A stretch of 62,981 bases of DNA, filler included, from Octopus bimaculoides (GCF_001194135.2; 4 parts of 3 records of this genome joined end to end with filler, not necessarily neighbours in it), one strand, 5' to 3'. Counted from the whole stretch's first letter, positions 1 to 13,400 are shown. Program-made: numbers and translations. Notes: generated by a model not told the origin, from the sequence alone.

Positions 1-41
1 TGAGAGAGAGCAGCAACAGGATTACAGGCAAGCTAACCAAC

Positions 42-258
42 AAAATAGAATGAAAAAACTACAGAAAATTTGTATTATATGGTTAAAAACATATTAAATT
101 CGTCATATTAGGAAAATGATATAAAATTTTGTGTATAGTGACATTGTTTTGGGAGATGTCACTATACACAAAATGTTATATCATTTTCATAACATGACGA
201 TTTTAATATATTTTTTAACCATTTAATACAAATCTTGTGTAGTTTTTCATTCTATTTT
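42..258. repeat. 217-bp fold-back palindrome (103-bp arms, 11-nt loop), MITE/hairpin-like
   Basis: Arm 42-144 is the reverse complement of arm 156-258 with about 8 mismatches and 2 single-base indels by eye. Loop TGTTTTGGGAG at 145-155. Confidence 0.85.
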
Positions 259-351
259 ACTTTTTATGCATTCAACCACGTGCTTTCATATACCGATCTT
301 ATCAGGTGGCCAGCATGGGAATAAAAACTTCAAAAATAATAATTATTATAA

Positions 352-589
352 AAATTATAATTTAGGGTATCTAAGAGATACCGTATATTCCACCGATGAA
401 GGCAGAGCATTTCTTATGCTGAGCCAGAAATCCGAGATCTGGAATTATCCAGTAATTTTTTTTCCTAGTTTATTTTGTCTCTTTGCCTTCTATCCTGGTG
501 CTGTATGAACATTTAATGTGGTTTTAGAGTCACGGTTTGACTGCTATTTCAAGCATGGTGGTATCTCTTAGATACCCTAAATTATAATT

Positions 590-590
<1 letters not shown>
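352..590. mobile_element. MITE-like element with perfect 31-bp TIRs
   Basis: AAATTATAATTTAGGGTATCTAAGAGATACC (352-382) is the exact reverse complement of 560-590. TA-rich flanks on both sides and a non-coding 177-bp interior. Confidence 0.75.

Positions 591-595
<5 letters not shown>

Positions 596-660
<65 letters not shown>
596..660. repeat. (TG)n microsatellite
   Basis: Directly visible dinucleotide run. Confidence 0.97.
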
Positions 661-1099
661 ATGTGCCTATATTTAATGCTTGTGTACGTGTGTGTTTATT
701 GGTTTATGCTTGTATAAGTATGCACACAATTAAGATTTTACCTCATAAATATATTCTTATAATCAAGCGAATATAATGTGATAATGATTACAAGTTGAGA
801 ATATCTACATATGGAGCCAAAACTCAAAACAAACGTTCGGATAAATCTAAAACGATAGCAAAATGCTTTGAAGAAATTCAGTTTTAGTATATTTTAATTA
901 AAGGTATTGCTTTTAATGTTAGTATGCTAACTTTGTTCAAAACCAACAGCTCGAAATGTATCACACTTTCTCGACAGTAACCTCCTTTCCTATTTGATAT
1001 CGCCAACATTAAACTTAGATTCACTTCTCTATCACTTCCGTGCTATCTCATCTAAAATGCTTAATTTGTGTGAATTTTATAGAAAATCTTTCCTTCACA

Positions 1100-1586
<487 letters not shown>

Positions 1587-3729
1587 CTTTATTTTACATT
1601 TAATTATATTCTCTATTTATACCTTTCACAGCCGTCTCGTTGTCACAATTTTTTCTTTCGAATCAAAAATGGCTTTCGTATCCTTTTTCAAAATTTCTAC
1701 TTCCGTATGTTTTTCACAATCTTTATTACTTCCGCTTCCTCGCTTTCATTTTCTCTAACTTAATTTTTTTCGCACGGCATGTGTATGTATTTACGTATGT
1801 GTACCTGTCCGTATATGTTTATGTGTCCATGTGCGATTCTACACTTTGGTGTGTTTTAATCTATCTATTTTACATTATTTTACAGTGTAATCCCTCTAAG
1901 TTCACACGACTATTCTGTTAAATATTCTCTTCGCCCGGAAACTTAATGGCAGATTGTCAGTCATGTTTTGTTTTGCTCTATGAGTTAGATATGCCAATCT
2001 ATGTGCATTTGTCAGATTCGGTCCTACAATTTTTTTTCGCTAACACATGCATTATAAAATATCACACAACAGTAAAGCTGCTGTTTAAAATGAGGATAAA
2101 CCAGTATAAATGTATGTATTCCTTTCAATCTTTTATCATTTAAATTTCTCGAATAAAGAAGGAGCCGGTCTCTAACAGAGACACAATAATACCACCTTGT
2201 TAGAGTTATATGCTGTATTTTAAAATCTATGCACGTAAAAATGCAAATATGACCTTCTGTTAATGTCACTCCCAGAGTATATATGAGTTTGGTTCTTGTA
2301 ATTGTTCTTGTTATCTTTGTGAAATTTTTGAAGATTTAACAAGTGAATTCACGAAATGGAGTTTATTTTGCGACTTATCTGCGCCTTAAAGCACGACCTT
2401 TCAGGATTTGTGTCGGGATATCTTGTTCCATAACGAAGAACCTCATCAACAAAAGATACAAATGCAAATTTATTGTCAGAGTATTGTATTTACATACTTC
2501 TCTAAGATCTCTATAGTTCTTTTCTTCTTTTTTTCCTTTATTTCCGAAATGGCTTTGACATGTGCTACTTAACTTCCTTTTACAATATTGCAACTGTTTC
2601 ACCCTATGTCTAACATAATGATGCTACTTTTTCTTTTATTTGTATTTCTTGACTGTTTCAGTGGGTATTACCTTCCAATATCCATATTCATATTTTGGAA
2701 TGTGTTTGCCGCGTTCATTTTTAGGATATCCTTGAGACATCAAGCAAATGTTACGATATATATATATATATATATATATAGGTAGGTAGATACATTTTAA
2801 ACAGTGTATCTGTTCAATCACCAAGCTCGCACGTACTTCTTTGCTCCTCCTGTACGTGCTTCACAGCGTTCAATACATACACACTTCCCGTCTGGCTGTA
2901 CAGCCTTTTGCTTGTTTGTTTATTCACCGTTTCGTTTTCCTGTCTTGTTTTCCGTCCGCCACTATCCTCCACGAAAATGATTTAATTTGTGTTCGTGGGA
3001 AGAACCATTTCAACAATGCGTACNNNNNNNNNNNNNNNNNNNNNNNNNNNNNNNNNNNNNNNNNNNNNNNNNNNNNNNNNNNNNNNNNNNNNNNNNNNNN
3101 NNNNNNNNNNNNNNNNNNNNNNNNNNNNNNNNNNNNNNNNNNNNNNNNNNNNNNNNNNNNNNNNNNNNNNNNNNNNNNNNNNNNNNNNNNNNNNNNNNNN
3201 NNNNNNNNNNNNNNNNNNNNNNNNNNNNNNNNNNNNNNNNNNNNNNNNNNNNNNNNNNNNNNNNNNNNNNNNNNNNNNNNNNNNNNNNNNNNNNNNNNNN
3301 NNNNNNNNNNNNNNNNNNNATAGGTATTTGTGTGTGTGTGTGTGTGTGAGTGAGTATGAGTGTGCGCGTGAGAGTGTACGAGTGTGTACGAGTGTATGTA
3401 TGTGTATGTATTTAATGTATGCGTTTGTATTTCTATACAGGAAGCGGATACGCATGGGGTGTAAATAAGTCAGAGTTTGAAAGTATTCAGTAAAACTATC
3501 TAAAGCATTTATAACTTTTATTTCAAGCTAAAATTACATAACAGATGGTGGTGATCAGTTTCACGCTACTCCGATTTTAAAGCTATCAATAGATTTTTTT
3601 AAAAAACTTAAAACTAAAAGTCTCAATTAATTTCCCATGTATAATCTAAACTAAATTAAATACTCCATTTTAGTGAGGGGAGGACATAATTACATCCCAA
3701 ACAAGACTTGTGGCCATTATAGCATAAGG

Positions 3730-4150
3730 GGCTATAAAGAAGAAAAAGAAGAGGCCTACAAATTCAAAGGATGTACATTGACAGAAATCTTAAAGGACTA
3801 AATATCATAGATCAGAGGAAAACAAGACGATGGTAGTGACTTCCAGAGAGCAGTAGTTCGAAGAAAGAAGTTTTTAAGATAAAATCACTTAAGACTAACA
3901 TAACCTCAACAGAGAAACGATGCGTTTGGGAAGCGAAGTGGAAGAGGTTACAAGATCCAAAAGTTCATTAGAGCAATGACCACAGAGATATTAATTGAAA
4001 AGACACAACGATGAGCTAAATCTAGTAGAAAGGAAAAGACTACCATGTTAACAACTCGGCCCTGAATTCAATCAGACAAGTTAACACTCTCAAGTAACCC
4101 GCCAGCTATAATTAATATGGGTAAATGTTTTAGTGTAGGGCCACCTTGTG
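3730..4150 (-). mobile_element. Decayed CR1-clade LINE 3' fragment (Zenon-like C-terminus)
   Basis: Minus-strand translation across frameshifts and stops gives PTLK..LSD*IQGRVVNMV..LAHR, GHCSNELLDLV and RTTALWKSLPSSCFPLIYDI*SFKISVN. These match CR1-type ORF2 C-terminal motifs (LDRIQRRA..HRR, G.CS.EL, RT..LWNSLP..FP..Y.L..FK). Confidence 0.7.
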
Positions 4151-5195
4151 TTTCATCTCTTATATTTTAGTTCAACAAAATTGACCCTTTTTAAAATCAA
4201 GTGTTAAAACGAAACGGATTTTATTGATAGAATTGGTTACGCAAATGATATCCTTTTCAAACACCTAAAATTAGAAAATGTAAAATCAGTGAATTCACTG
4301 TCTCATTCAGTGTCACTGTTAATACACGTGTTGCTAAATATACTTTTTTCGTTTTAGTAAACATTTCCCGACGAATCATATTCATGTAACATTTTTATTA
4401 GAAATAATGTTATATTTCATTTTAGCTGCACACCTAATTTTGCGACAGAAATGGCAAACAGTAAAAGAATATTAAACTATCTATAATTAGTTCTTTCTTA
4501 ACCTCATAAGTTGACCATTAATTAATTCAAATCTTTCGACAACGGTAGTTTATTTGGCAATAGTATTTACTGTTAATAATATATTTGGGCACAGATGCAT
4601 CATTTTGAAAACATCATTTAATTTGAATGAATGTTAAGAAGTATTAAAACTCTTTAGGAATATATTGCAGCATACCAAACTTTATATACTGGAAAACGAC
4701 GCTTGTGCCCGAGCAAACTGACATTTTGTTTTATAAAGAATCCATTTTGAACTCTAGTTCAGAGTTGATATCATTTTGCTGTCATAAAAGAAAATACTTT
4801 TTTGAATAATTTGAATAATCTAATGGCTGAAAAACAAACAGTTCGATAATAAATTTGAACAACCTCTTAAACATTCAAAGATAGTCTTTATTTGATTTGA
4901 ATAAAAGTTTATTATTTTTACATCAAATATCAAAAATATGAACATTCGAACGTCTGATAGACAATAACGTTCCAGAAACATCAAAAGTTATATAATAGTT
5001 ATGTGATTATTCAAGGGCTTTTTTTAAAGATATTTATTACATATATATATATACAAAGCTGTTTCATTTATTACATAGATTTAAAATCGATAAATTGAGA
5101 AAGTAATTGTAGCTATCTATGTAATTTCAGCTTTAAAGATAGACTAACAGATAGATACATAGAAAAACCGACAGCTAGATAGATAGAGAGATACA

Positions 5196-5226
<31 letters not shown>

Positions 5227-5431
5227 TCGTATAAGTGACTTTAGTGTGTCTTTGTATATAAATTCATGTGTTGGTTCTTTTATAATAGTCAAACATCACT
5301 TTTCAATGAAATCCATAAATTGTAGGATATATGGAACATTATGTCAATTAAATTGTTTATCAAGTCATCAACTCTCATATAAATATATGTCTGATCAAAT
5401 TGGTATGCTTTTAGTTGAATTCAGTCATCAC

Positions 5432-5462
<31 letters not shown>

Positions 5463-5647
5463 TGTATGTATGTATGTATGTATGTATGTATGTATGTATG
5501 TGCGCGCGCGTGGGTACGTGTGGGTGTGTGCATGTGCCTGTATTCATGTTTTCATGTATTTATGTATTTTGTGGTTTCCTTTTTGAAATTTCTGTCCGAC
5601 ACTGAAATTACCATTCTTCATCGAATAATAAATTAAGAAATATAGTT

Positions 5648-6116
5648 CTTTTATTTTTTATCTTTTACTTGTTTCAGTCATTTGACTGTGGCCATGCTGG
5701 AGTACCACCTTGAAGAAATTTGAGTTGAATGAAGCAATCCTAGTACTTACTTTTTTTAAGCAGGGTACATATTCTATCGGAGTCTGTTGTCGAAACGTTA
5801 AGTTACGTGAACGTAAACATACCAGCACCGGTTGTCAAGTGGTGGAGGCGGCGGCGGTGGTGGCGGCGGCGGTGGTGGCAGCGGCGGTGGTGGTGGCAAT
5901 CACTGACACAAACACACACACGCAGACACGCACACATGTATATATATATATATATACATGACAGGCTTCTTTCAGTTTCCCTCTCTCAAATCCACTCACA
6001 AGGCTTTGGTCAGTCCGAAGCTATAGTAGAATAAACTTGCCCAAGTGTGTCACGCAGTGAGACTGAACCCAGAACCATGTGGTTGAGAAGCATGCTTCTT
6101 ACCAGACAGCCAGCCT
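5648..6116 (-). mobile_element. tRNA-derived SINE, family C, near full length
   Basis: On the minus strand: tRNA-like head TGGCTGTCTGGTAAGAAGCATGCTT..GGTTCAGTCTCACTGCG, then CTTGGGCAAG..GCCTTGTGAGTGGATTTG body, internal microsatellite and low-complexity tail. Homologous to 14900-15610, 24555-24730, 41469-41620, 60700-60758 and 62809-62955. Confidence 0.9.
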
Positions 6117-6162
6117 TCAGCTTTTTTATTTTTTTGTTCTTTGACCAAAATTTGCTGCTGTT

Positions 6163-6362
6163 AATAATTATTTCAAATTTTTGCCACAAGGGCAGCTCGG
6201 GGAAGAGTCGATTAAAGTGTTCAACTGGTACTTATTTTATCGATCTCAAAAGGATGAAAAGCAAAGTCCACCTTGGCGGAATTTAAACTCAGAACGTAGC
6301 GACGGGCGAAATACCGCTAAGCATTTCGTCCAGCGTGCTAACGATTCTGCCAGCTCGCCACC
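6163..6362 (-). mobile_element. tRNA-derived SINE, family A
   Basis: Reverse complement of the GGCGAGCTGGCAGAATCGTTAGCA..GTTCTGAGTTCAAATTCCGCC..GATAAAATAAGTACCAG consensus repeated more than 10 times in the window. GTTAATAAT flanks both sides. Confidence 0.9.
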
Positions 6363-6557
6363 TTTTAGCAGCAGTTAATAATGATATACCTTTGTACCAC
6401 ACAGAAATGTGGAAATGTGGCACAGTCAACCGGCTGCATGTTGTAAAAGTAATCTTTAATTCATTATTTCTTTTATTAAAGTATTTTATACAATTTAATA
6501 TCTTATATTTCCGTCATGAATAATGTATTTTCTAACATTCAATATTTAATAATACAG

Positions 6558-6780
6558 AAATGGCGGCGATCTGGCAGAATCGTTACTGCGCCGAGTAAAA
6601 TGCTTTGCAGCATTTTGACCGCCTTTTAGTTCTGAGTTCAAATGCTGCTGGAATCGACTTTACCATTCATCCTTCGGAGGTCGATAAAATAAGTACTAGT
6701 TGAGCATCTGGGGGTTGATGCAATCGACTAGCTCCCTCCTCTGAACTTGCTGAACTCGTGCCAAAATTTGAAACCAATAT
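6558..6780 (+). mobile_element. SINE family A with 18-bp flanking direct repeat
   Basis: Full head-to-tail copy. CAATATTTAATAATACAG occurs at 6540-6557 and 6775-6792. Confidence 0.9.
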
Positions 6781-7601
6781 TTAATAATACAGTACTCGGC
6801 TGAGAAGTCGTGTGGTTTTGCAAAATAACAGTAATTTTATTGACGAAGTGGAAAATCTAGACGTTCTGTAGCGTAAAGCAAGCAACACCATTTTAATAGT
6901 TGTGAAATAGTGGAATGTGCGTCCATACTGCTTTTATCACGGAAATATATTTTTGCTTCTATATTGTTTAACTGGTAATTCGGGTTATCCGAGAATAATG
7001 TTATTTTGTTTTCATTTCAATATGGCCCTCATGGAAAACTGCATAGCCAGAATACCATACTGTGGGTAAAAAGTACTAGCTGACGAGTTCAACTTTGAAA
7101 ACTAAACTATCAAGAGGTGTCTGAAAATCGAAAAATATTTTAAGGCAGTTAAAATAGCAATAGGACCTGTGGCTTGCGTGTTGGTAAGAGGTGTGGAGTG
7201 TAGGTGAGATCAGAGTCATTATATGTTAGAGAAGAGGAGGGAGTTCAGTAAGCTTAGAAAATGTTTGTGGCTAGTCTAGCGTAGTGAGAACCTATGCACC
7301 TCGAATCACAGTAACCCCCGTTGAATATCTGGTCAGAATGATTGCAATAGAAGAAACTCAGCTAAAAACCAGTTATGGGTCAACAAGTCACTAAAAGTGA
7401 GGTACTCTATACATATATATTCAATTTATTAAGTCCGTTATGATATGTGTTTTGTGCCTGATAAATATTTTTGATATATTTCTCAACATATGAAACTATT
7501 AGTAGCACTTAAAGACATGAATTGTGTCCTTTAAATAATTAATTTTTATCTCTCACCAGATGGAGTACTTTTTCGTTGAATTTTCGATCACGGAAGAGTA
7601 C

Positions 7602-7602
<1 letters not shown>

Positions 7603-7672
<70 letters not shown>
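7603..7672. repeat. (TG)n microsatellite
   Basis: Directly visible. Confidence 0.97.
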
Positions 7673-7678
<6 letters not shown>

Positions 7679-9591
7679 ATTTTAAATGATTGATAGGGAA
7701 GACAGCATGACTGGATGAATAAAGAAGCTCGGCCGACAACCTTCATGAGGAATTAACATAGCTTCTTCACAATTCCTTTCTCTTGTATAGCAGAGCTCTT
7801 GTTTCTATGAAAAAAGTTACAGAATAAACAAAATCCTTTAATTGTGGTGTAGTCAACCAAAGTCGGTTACAAGATGAATATTGTAAAAGTATTGCATATG
7901 TCTTGAGCCAAATCTTAAAACTTACAAATTCAGTTGGTAACGTTGTCTTCCTTTTACCGGGATTCCAACTTTCTAAGACCACCATGTAAATATTTTATAA
8001 TTCACAAAGTTTCGGAAACAACTATTGATGAGAATATAATCAGTTTTGGGTTTGTAAAATCTTAAACATATGACTATAGGTGTTCTTCATTTTTGAGAAC
8101 ACGAGATGAAAAACTCACATGTGCCTCGAGGTTTGCTTTCACAACTGCATGCTGCCTTATTTTCTGCAATATGCATTTGATGACAGTTTAAATTAGAACT
8201 TTCCATCAATTTTTTCGTAATTTCAAACGCAAAGCTAGATTATTATGGATGCTGATGTCTTCATTTTTTTCTTCCTTTCGGGATGTCCTTCTCACCAAAG
8301 GCATCATATATTGATTTTTCAATAACGCTGTGCCTCGTATGAAGGTAATAATTTGCTGACATTGTGCGCTAGCTGATTATGCAGATACTTGATATAGTCG
8401 ACGTTTTTATCACAGATGTTAACGTTTGGCTCTTTTCTCTATAAATGTTTTTCTTTTTTCATTTTATGAGTTATTTAGTTGCCCCAACGATATATTATTA
8501 CTTAGCTACTGTTTTCACTTCTGGCATTGTAAAGATATCATCTGAAATGCTATCCACGAAAAAATTATCGTCTTTTTTCCTTCTGAATCGAAGAAAATTT
8601 GAAATAATATTTTTTCCGGGCAGCGAAAGCTTCAGTATCTTCTGCTTATTATTACGTTTAGTACTTGGTAGGCAAGCTGGCTATCTGTCTGGATGGTCAG
8701 CAACAAGAGGGCTTGTTGTTCAGTTATCCGGCTTGATTGACTGTTCTATATCCTAACGTCTCTTGATGGCTATACCATTTATTTCTGTATCATCATTCTC
8801 TAACTTTTCTCCTACTCTCTTCTATTGGGTGATCAGCTTTTGCTATACGTCGTTGATTAACCCATCGTAGATTTAGTTTTAAAACTGTACTCTTAAAAAC
8901 AGCCGATGTCTCTGTAAAGCCTTATTTATGTCTCTCGATACAGAAAATTTCTATGAATAGACAGAAAAAAGACGTTGTCATTATGTCACACAATGTATGG
9001 ACGGTCGTAATCCTTTATTGCCATTGTTCTGTTTATTTCTATGTAGGTACTTATGTGTTCGTACATATTTAGAGAATGTAAGGAAAGTGAATGAAAACTA
9101 AAAGAGGACATCTCGGGTAGTATGCATGCATATATGGGCGTGCGCGTGTTCAGTTCTAATGAATTAGATAAATGTTTGTTGCTTTCTGTATTCCTTCATT
9201 TTGTTTGGGCTGAGACGATTCGATCATGGCATTTAACGAGCCACACGCTAATTTCTCATTGATTAAAAGTTCCAAATCCTCACTTTCCTATTGTAGATAA
9301 GAATTTGTTCAATGTTTTGTTTAGGTCTCTTTGTTGGTATACAAACACAAATACACCGCAATATATGTATGTGTGTATGTATGTGTGCGTACGTGCAGAC
9401 GTGTGTTTGTGCGTGTATGTATGTATGTATGTATGTATGCATGCATGCATGCTTATATGTATAATCATAATAGCATTTCCAGATCCTGTTCCTTTTTATT
9501 CTGTTGTATTCATTAAAGAATAGTTGAATGGATGTGGTCAACTTTTTTTTACTGAAATTCTAGATGTTTTCGAAAGAGTGAGTGCATAGTG

Positions 9592-9857
9592 TATATATAT
9601 AGACTATACATAGACTATACACTAGTCTATATATAGTCTATGTATATAGACTATATATATAGTCTATACATATAGACTATATATATATATATATAGTCTA
9701 TATATATATATATAGACTATATATATATAGTCTATATAGAATATATATATATATATATANNNNNNNNNNNNNNNNNNNNNNNNNNNNNNNNNNNNNNNNN
9801 NNNNNNNNNNNNTATATAGACTATATATACAGACTATATATATAGTCTATATATATG
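9592..9857. repeat. (TA)n array punctuated by AGACT/AGTCT in both orientations, gap inside
   Basis: TATAGACTATA and its reverse complement TATAGTCTATA are interleaved, mostly alternating, through the TA tract. Confidence 0.85.
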
Positions 9858-10339
9858 GGCTTTACTCAGAAAGCTTGTGGATCGCCAGACCGATGTTTCG
9901 AGTAGATTTGGTCTGTTTAATGGTGAACACTCAAGACGTTCTTCTAATCTAAAGTAATACCGGGCGTATATAAATTTAATTCAACCTTCGCTAGCTTTTA
10001 GACAAATCAGTAAATGTTTTGTTTAGCGATGACTATGGTGGAACGAGCGTTTTCAGTTTCACTCAGAACGATATCAGATGAGTGCATCGTATCGCGTTGG
10101 AAAACATACCAAAACATACGGAATCTAAATACTCGATCAATACGGATACATACAAAATACACAAAAGATTTCATACACAAAGGGGTGTACAAATACGCTG
10201 CTGACTTATAGAAGCACATTATTTTCACCATATTTCATGTGCGAACGTAGATACTTGCAGCACTTTGAAGCATACAAATTACAACTCACAGAAAACAAAA
10301 ACGCTTAAACACACAACCATATTCAAACGCATGTAGAAT

Positions 10340-10340
<1 letters not shown>

Positions 10341-10385
<45 letters not shown>

Positions 10386-10395
10386 NNNNNNNNNN

Positions 10396-10441
<46 letters not shown>

Positions 10442-10732
10442 CACACACACACATATGCACAGGTGCACACACACACATGCACACACACATGCACATGCGC
10501 ACACACACACAAACACACAAACAAAGAAACAAACACACGCATATGCAAATATTCATACAAACCCATACGCAAATATACACACACAAATGCATACAGAAAC
10601 ACATGCACACATACACACACAAGCACACAATACATGCAAATACACACACGTATGCAAATACACGCACACGTGCACAAACACAAACAAATGTGCACACAAA
10701 CACACACGCACACACACATACACATGCATACA
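10341..10732. repeat. (CA)n-derived degenerate microsatellite
   Basis: Visible. Source of the HTHT/CVCV ORFs. Confidence 0.95.
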
Positions 10733-11181
10733 ACTCAAAGGAGGAGCTTCTACATGACAGCTTGTGCTACTATAAATAACAATGAAACCACTTTTAAATG
10801 ACAACCTTACTGTCTTTGAAAAAGAATATAAAATAGAGCTAAATATACAAAAATACTGGACAGCCACGGATGGAAATCCTTATTATATGCTTACTCGATT
10901 ATGGCTAAACAAATTATCGGGTGCTAACAAGATGGAGTGATCTCACTTCCTCCTTATGGAAGGCATAAACTTATTAAAACAAGATGTATGTCTTGGTGCC
11001 TAACCTAATGAATAGAACAGGTATGGTGAAGCTTTTTCGAGTAGTGGGTCCCACAAGACATAGTGCATCATCAGGCGGGCCGCACTAACAAATATCAGGG
11101 TAATTTTTCATACTGCGTGCCATTCAGAAGGTCCCGCGGGTTACAACTTGACCAGGAATTATTAAAGTATGTTCTAAAACT

Positions 11182-11723
11182 AGGCGGCAAACTGACAGAA
11201 TCGTTAGCCGAGATCGACTTTGCCTCTCATCTCTGCAGAGTCGATAAAATAAGTTGTTGTTGTTGGCACTCCGTCGCTTACGACGTCGAGGGTTCCAGTT
11301 GATTCGATCAACGGAACAGCCCGCTCGTGAAATTAACGTGCAAGTGGCTGAGCACTCCACAGACACATGTACCCTTAACGTAGTTCTCGGGGATATTCAG
11401 CGTGACACAGTGTGACAAGGCTGACCCTTTGAATTACAGGCACAACAGAAACAGGAAGTAAGAGTGAGAGAAAGTTGTGATGAAAGAGTACAGCAGGGTT
11501 CGCCACCATCCCCTGCCGGAGCCTCGTGGAGCTTTAGGTGTTTTCGCTCAATAAACACTCACAACGCCTGGTCTGGGAATCGAAACCGTGATCCTATGAC
11601 CACGAGTCCGCTGCCCTAACCACTGGGCCATTGCGCCTCCACCGATAAAATAAGTACCAGTTGAACATTAGGTCGATGTAATCGACTTACCCACTTCCCC
11701 CTTGTGCTAAATTTGAAACCAAT
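11182..11723 (+). mobile_element. SINE family A split by a family B insertion (A parts 11182-11254 and 11643-11723)
   Basis: The A sequence ..GAGTCGATAAAATAAGT resumes as CGATAAAATAAGTACCAG.. after the insert. Confidence 0.85.
11255..11642 (-). mobile_element. tRNA-derived SINE, family B, full length, 13-bp TSD
   Basis: Minus-strand head GTGGAGGCGCAATGGCCCAGTGGTTAGGGCAGCGGACTC..GGTTTCGATTCCCAG has A/B-box-like motifs, and the tail is (AAC)n. TSD CGATAAAATAAGT at 11242-11254 and 11643-11655. Confidence 0.93.
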
Positions 11724-12464
11724 GTATTCTAAGACTGATATAGCGCTAAGCTTCATCATCCATTTAATTTAATTATCACTTGTATTTCTTGGCGAGTATT
11801 TAAGCATAAAACCAAAGTAGATCTTGACGTGGTTTGAACTCAAAATAGACTAAATAAGTAAATACTACAAAACGGTTAGTTTCATCTATTTCTCTTCCAT
11901 AAATGTGATTATGATAATCACAACAACTATAACAAAGACGACGATGGCGCTGATGACCATAACGATGATGACAACAACGACTGCACGCAATATGAGTATG
12001 TCCATGCGTGTATATAACAAATACTCATTACGCTGCTTCAATTCTCCAGTGGCCCCTGACATTTTGCACGCACAACGAAGCTTTGAGTTTGTTTTGTTTC
12101 ATTTTGCTTGTTTCTAGTTTTTTTTTTTTTAATTTTTTTTTTTATTCTTTTCTCCTGTTATGTATCGTCGGCCGTTCGTACGATTCTTCGTGGCAGACAT
12201 ATTGCTTTTGATCCGGGAGTAACATGATCGTCAAACCAACGGGCGGGACTGAAAGAGCTTCACAAAGAGTAAGAGGTTGAATGAAAGAAGAAAAGAATGA
12301 ATGAATTAATTAATTAATTAATGAATGAATGAATGAGAAAAGGAAAGAAACAACAGAAAGAAAAACGAATGAAAAAGATGACATTGAAAGGAGAAACGAA
12401 GGAAGAGTAAAGAAAAAAAGAAGAGAAACAAAGAGATAGTTAAAGAAATGTACAGACAGGCAGA

Positions 12465-12477
12465 CAGACAGACAGAC

Positions 12478-12532
<55 letters not shown>

Positions 12533-12535
12533 CAG
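12465..12535. repeat. (GACA)n/(GATA)n microsatellite
   Basis: Directly visible. Confidence 0.95.
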
Positions 12536-13340
12536 GTACATACATATATACACAACAAGAAAGACTGAAAGAGATAAAGAAACCAAAGATTAAAGTGCAT
12601 ATAAAAAGTATAGAAATGAACGGATGAAGGAAATGGGCAAGCCAAAAAAATAAATAGAAATATATATATATATAGGAAAGCATTTTCTGAAAGGATAGGA
12701 CAATAGGAACCAGGAATGGATAAATGAACAATACTAGGCCTAAAGAAGAAATAATGCATAGAAAGACAAAAGAGGAAGGAAAAGAATACAGGAATAAAAA
12801 AAAGGATGAGAAAAAAAATTAAACAACTAGCAAACTTCCAAAGCAAATAAAAAAGACAATATAGTGGATGACAAAATTACAAACGAAGACTTAAAAGAGC
12901 TATTGAACGAATAAAAAAAATGTGGAAAAAAATGCAGTCTGAGTTTAATAATCAACAGCAACACGAATATTATCAATAATAACGATAATAATGAGAAGTC
13001 TTTTTCATTTTTTTTTTGTCGTGCGGTCATTATAAAGTTAAAAAGTAAAAATTAAATAGATATTAGAAATATGAGCGCAGACTGAAACTTGAATATCCAT
13101 AGTTTTGTAGTTCTGTAGTTTGTGATAACAAAGACACTAAAAATATGTGCACATATACATATGCGTGTGTGTGTGTATGTATATGTGTGTGTGTATACGT
13201 ACACACAAACATACATACATACATTCATACATACATACATACATACATACATACATAACTACATATATACATAACTACATACATACATGTGTATATACAC
13301 ACACGTTACAGCGTCGAATAAAATTATTCTAAGTAGTTGT

Positions 13341-13400
<60 letters not shown>

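Noticed and set aside
7140-7380. Possible further decayed LINE fragments (also 17930-18140 and 48510-49220)
   Set aside because: Composition is suggestive, but I could not recover diagnostic motifs.
7838-7988. Open + frame FNCGVVNQSRLQDEYCKSIAYVLSQILKL..
   Set aside because: No convincing splice boundaries or recognisable homology; the length is attainable by chance.
11590-11642. tRNA genes (also 15136, 20952, 43439, 62809)
   Set aside because: tRNA-like A/B-box heads fused to SINE bodies with TSDs and no complete cloverleaf.
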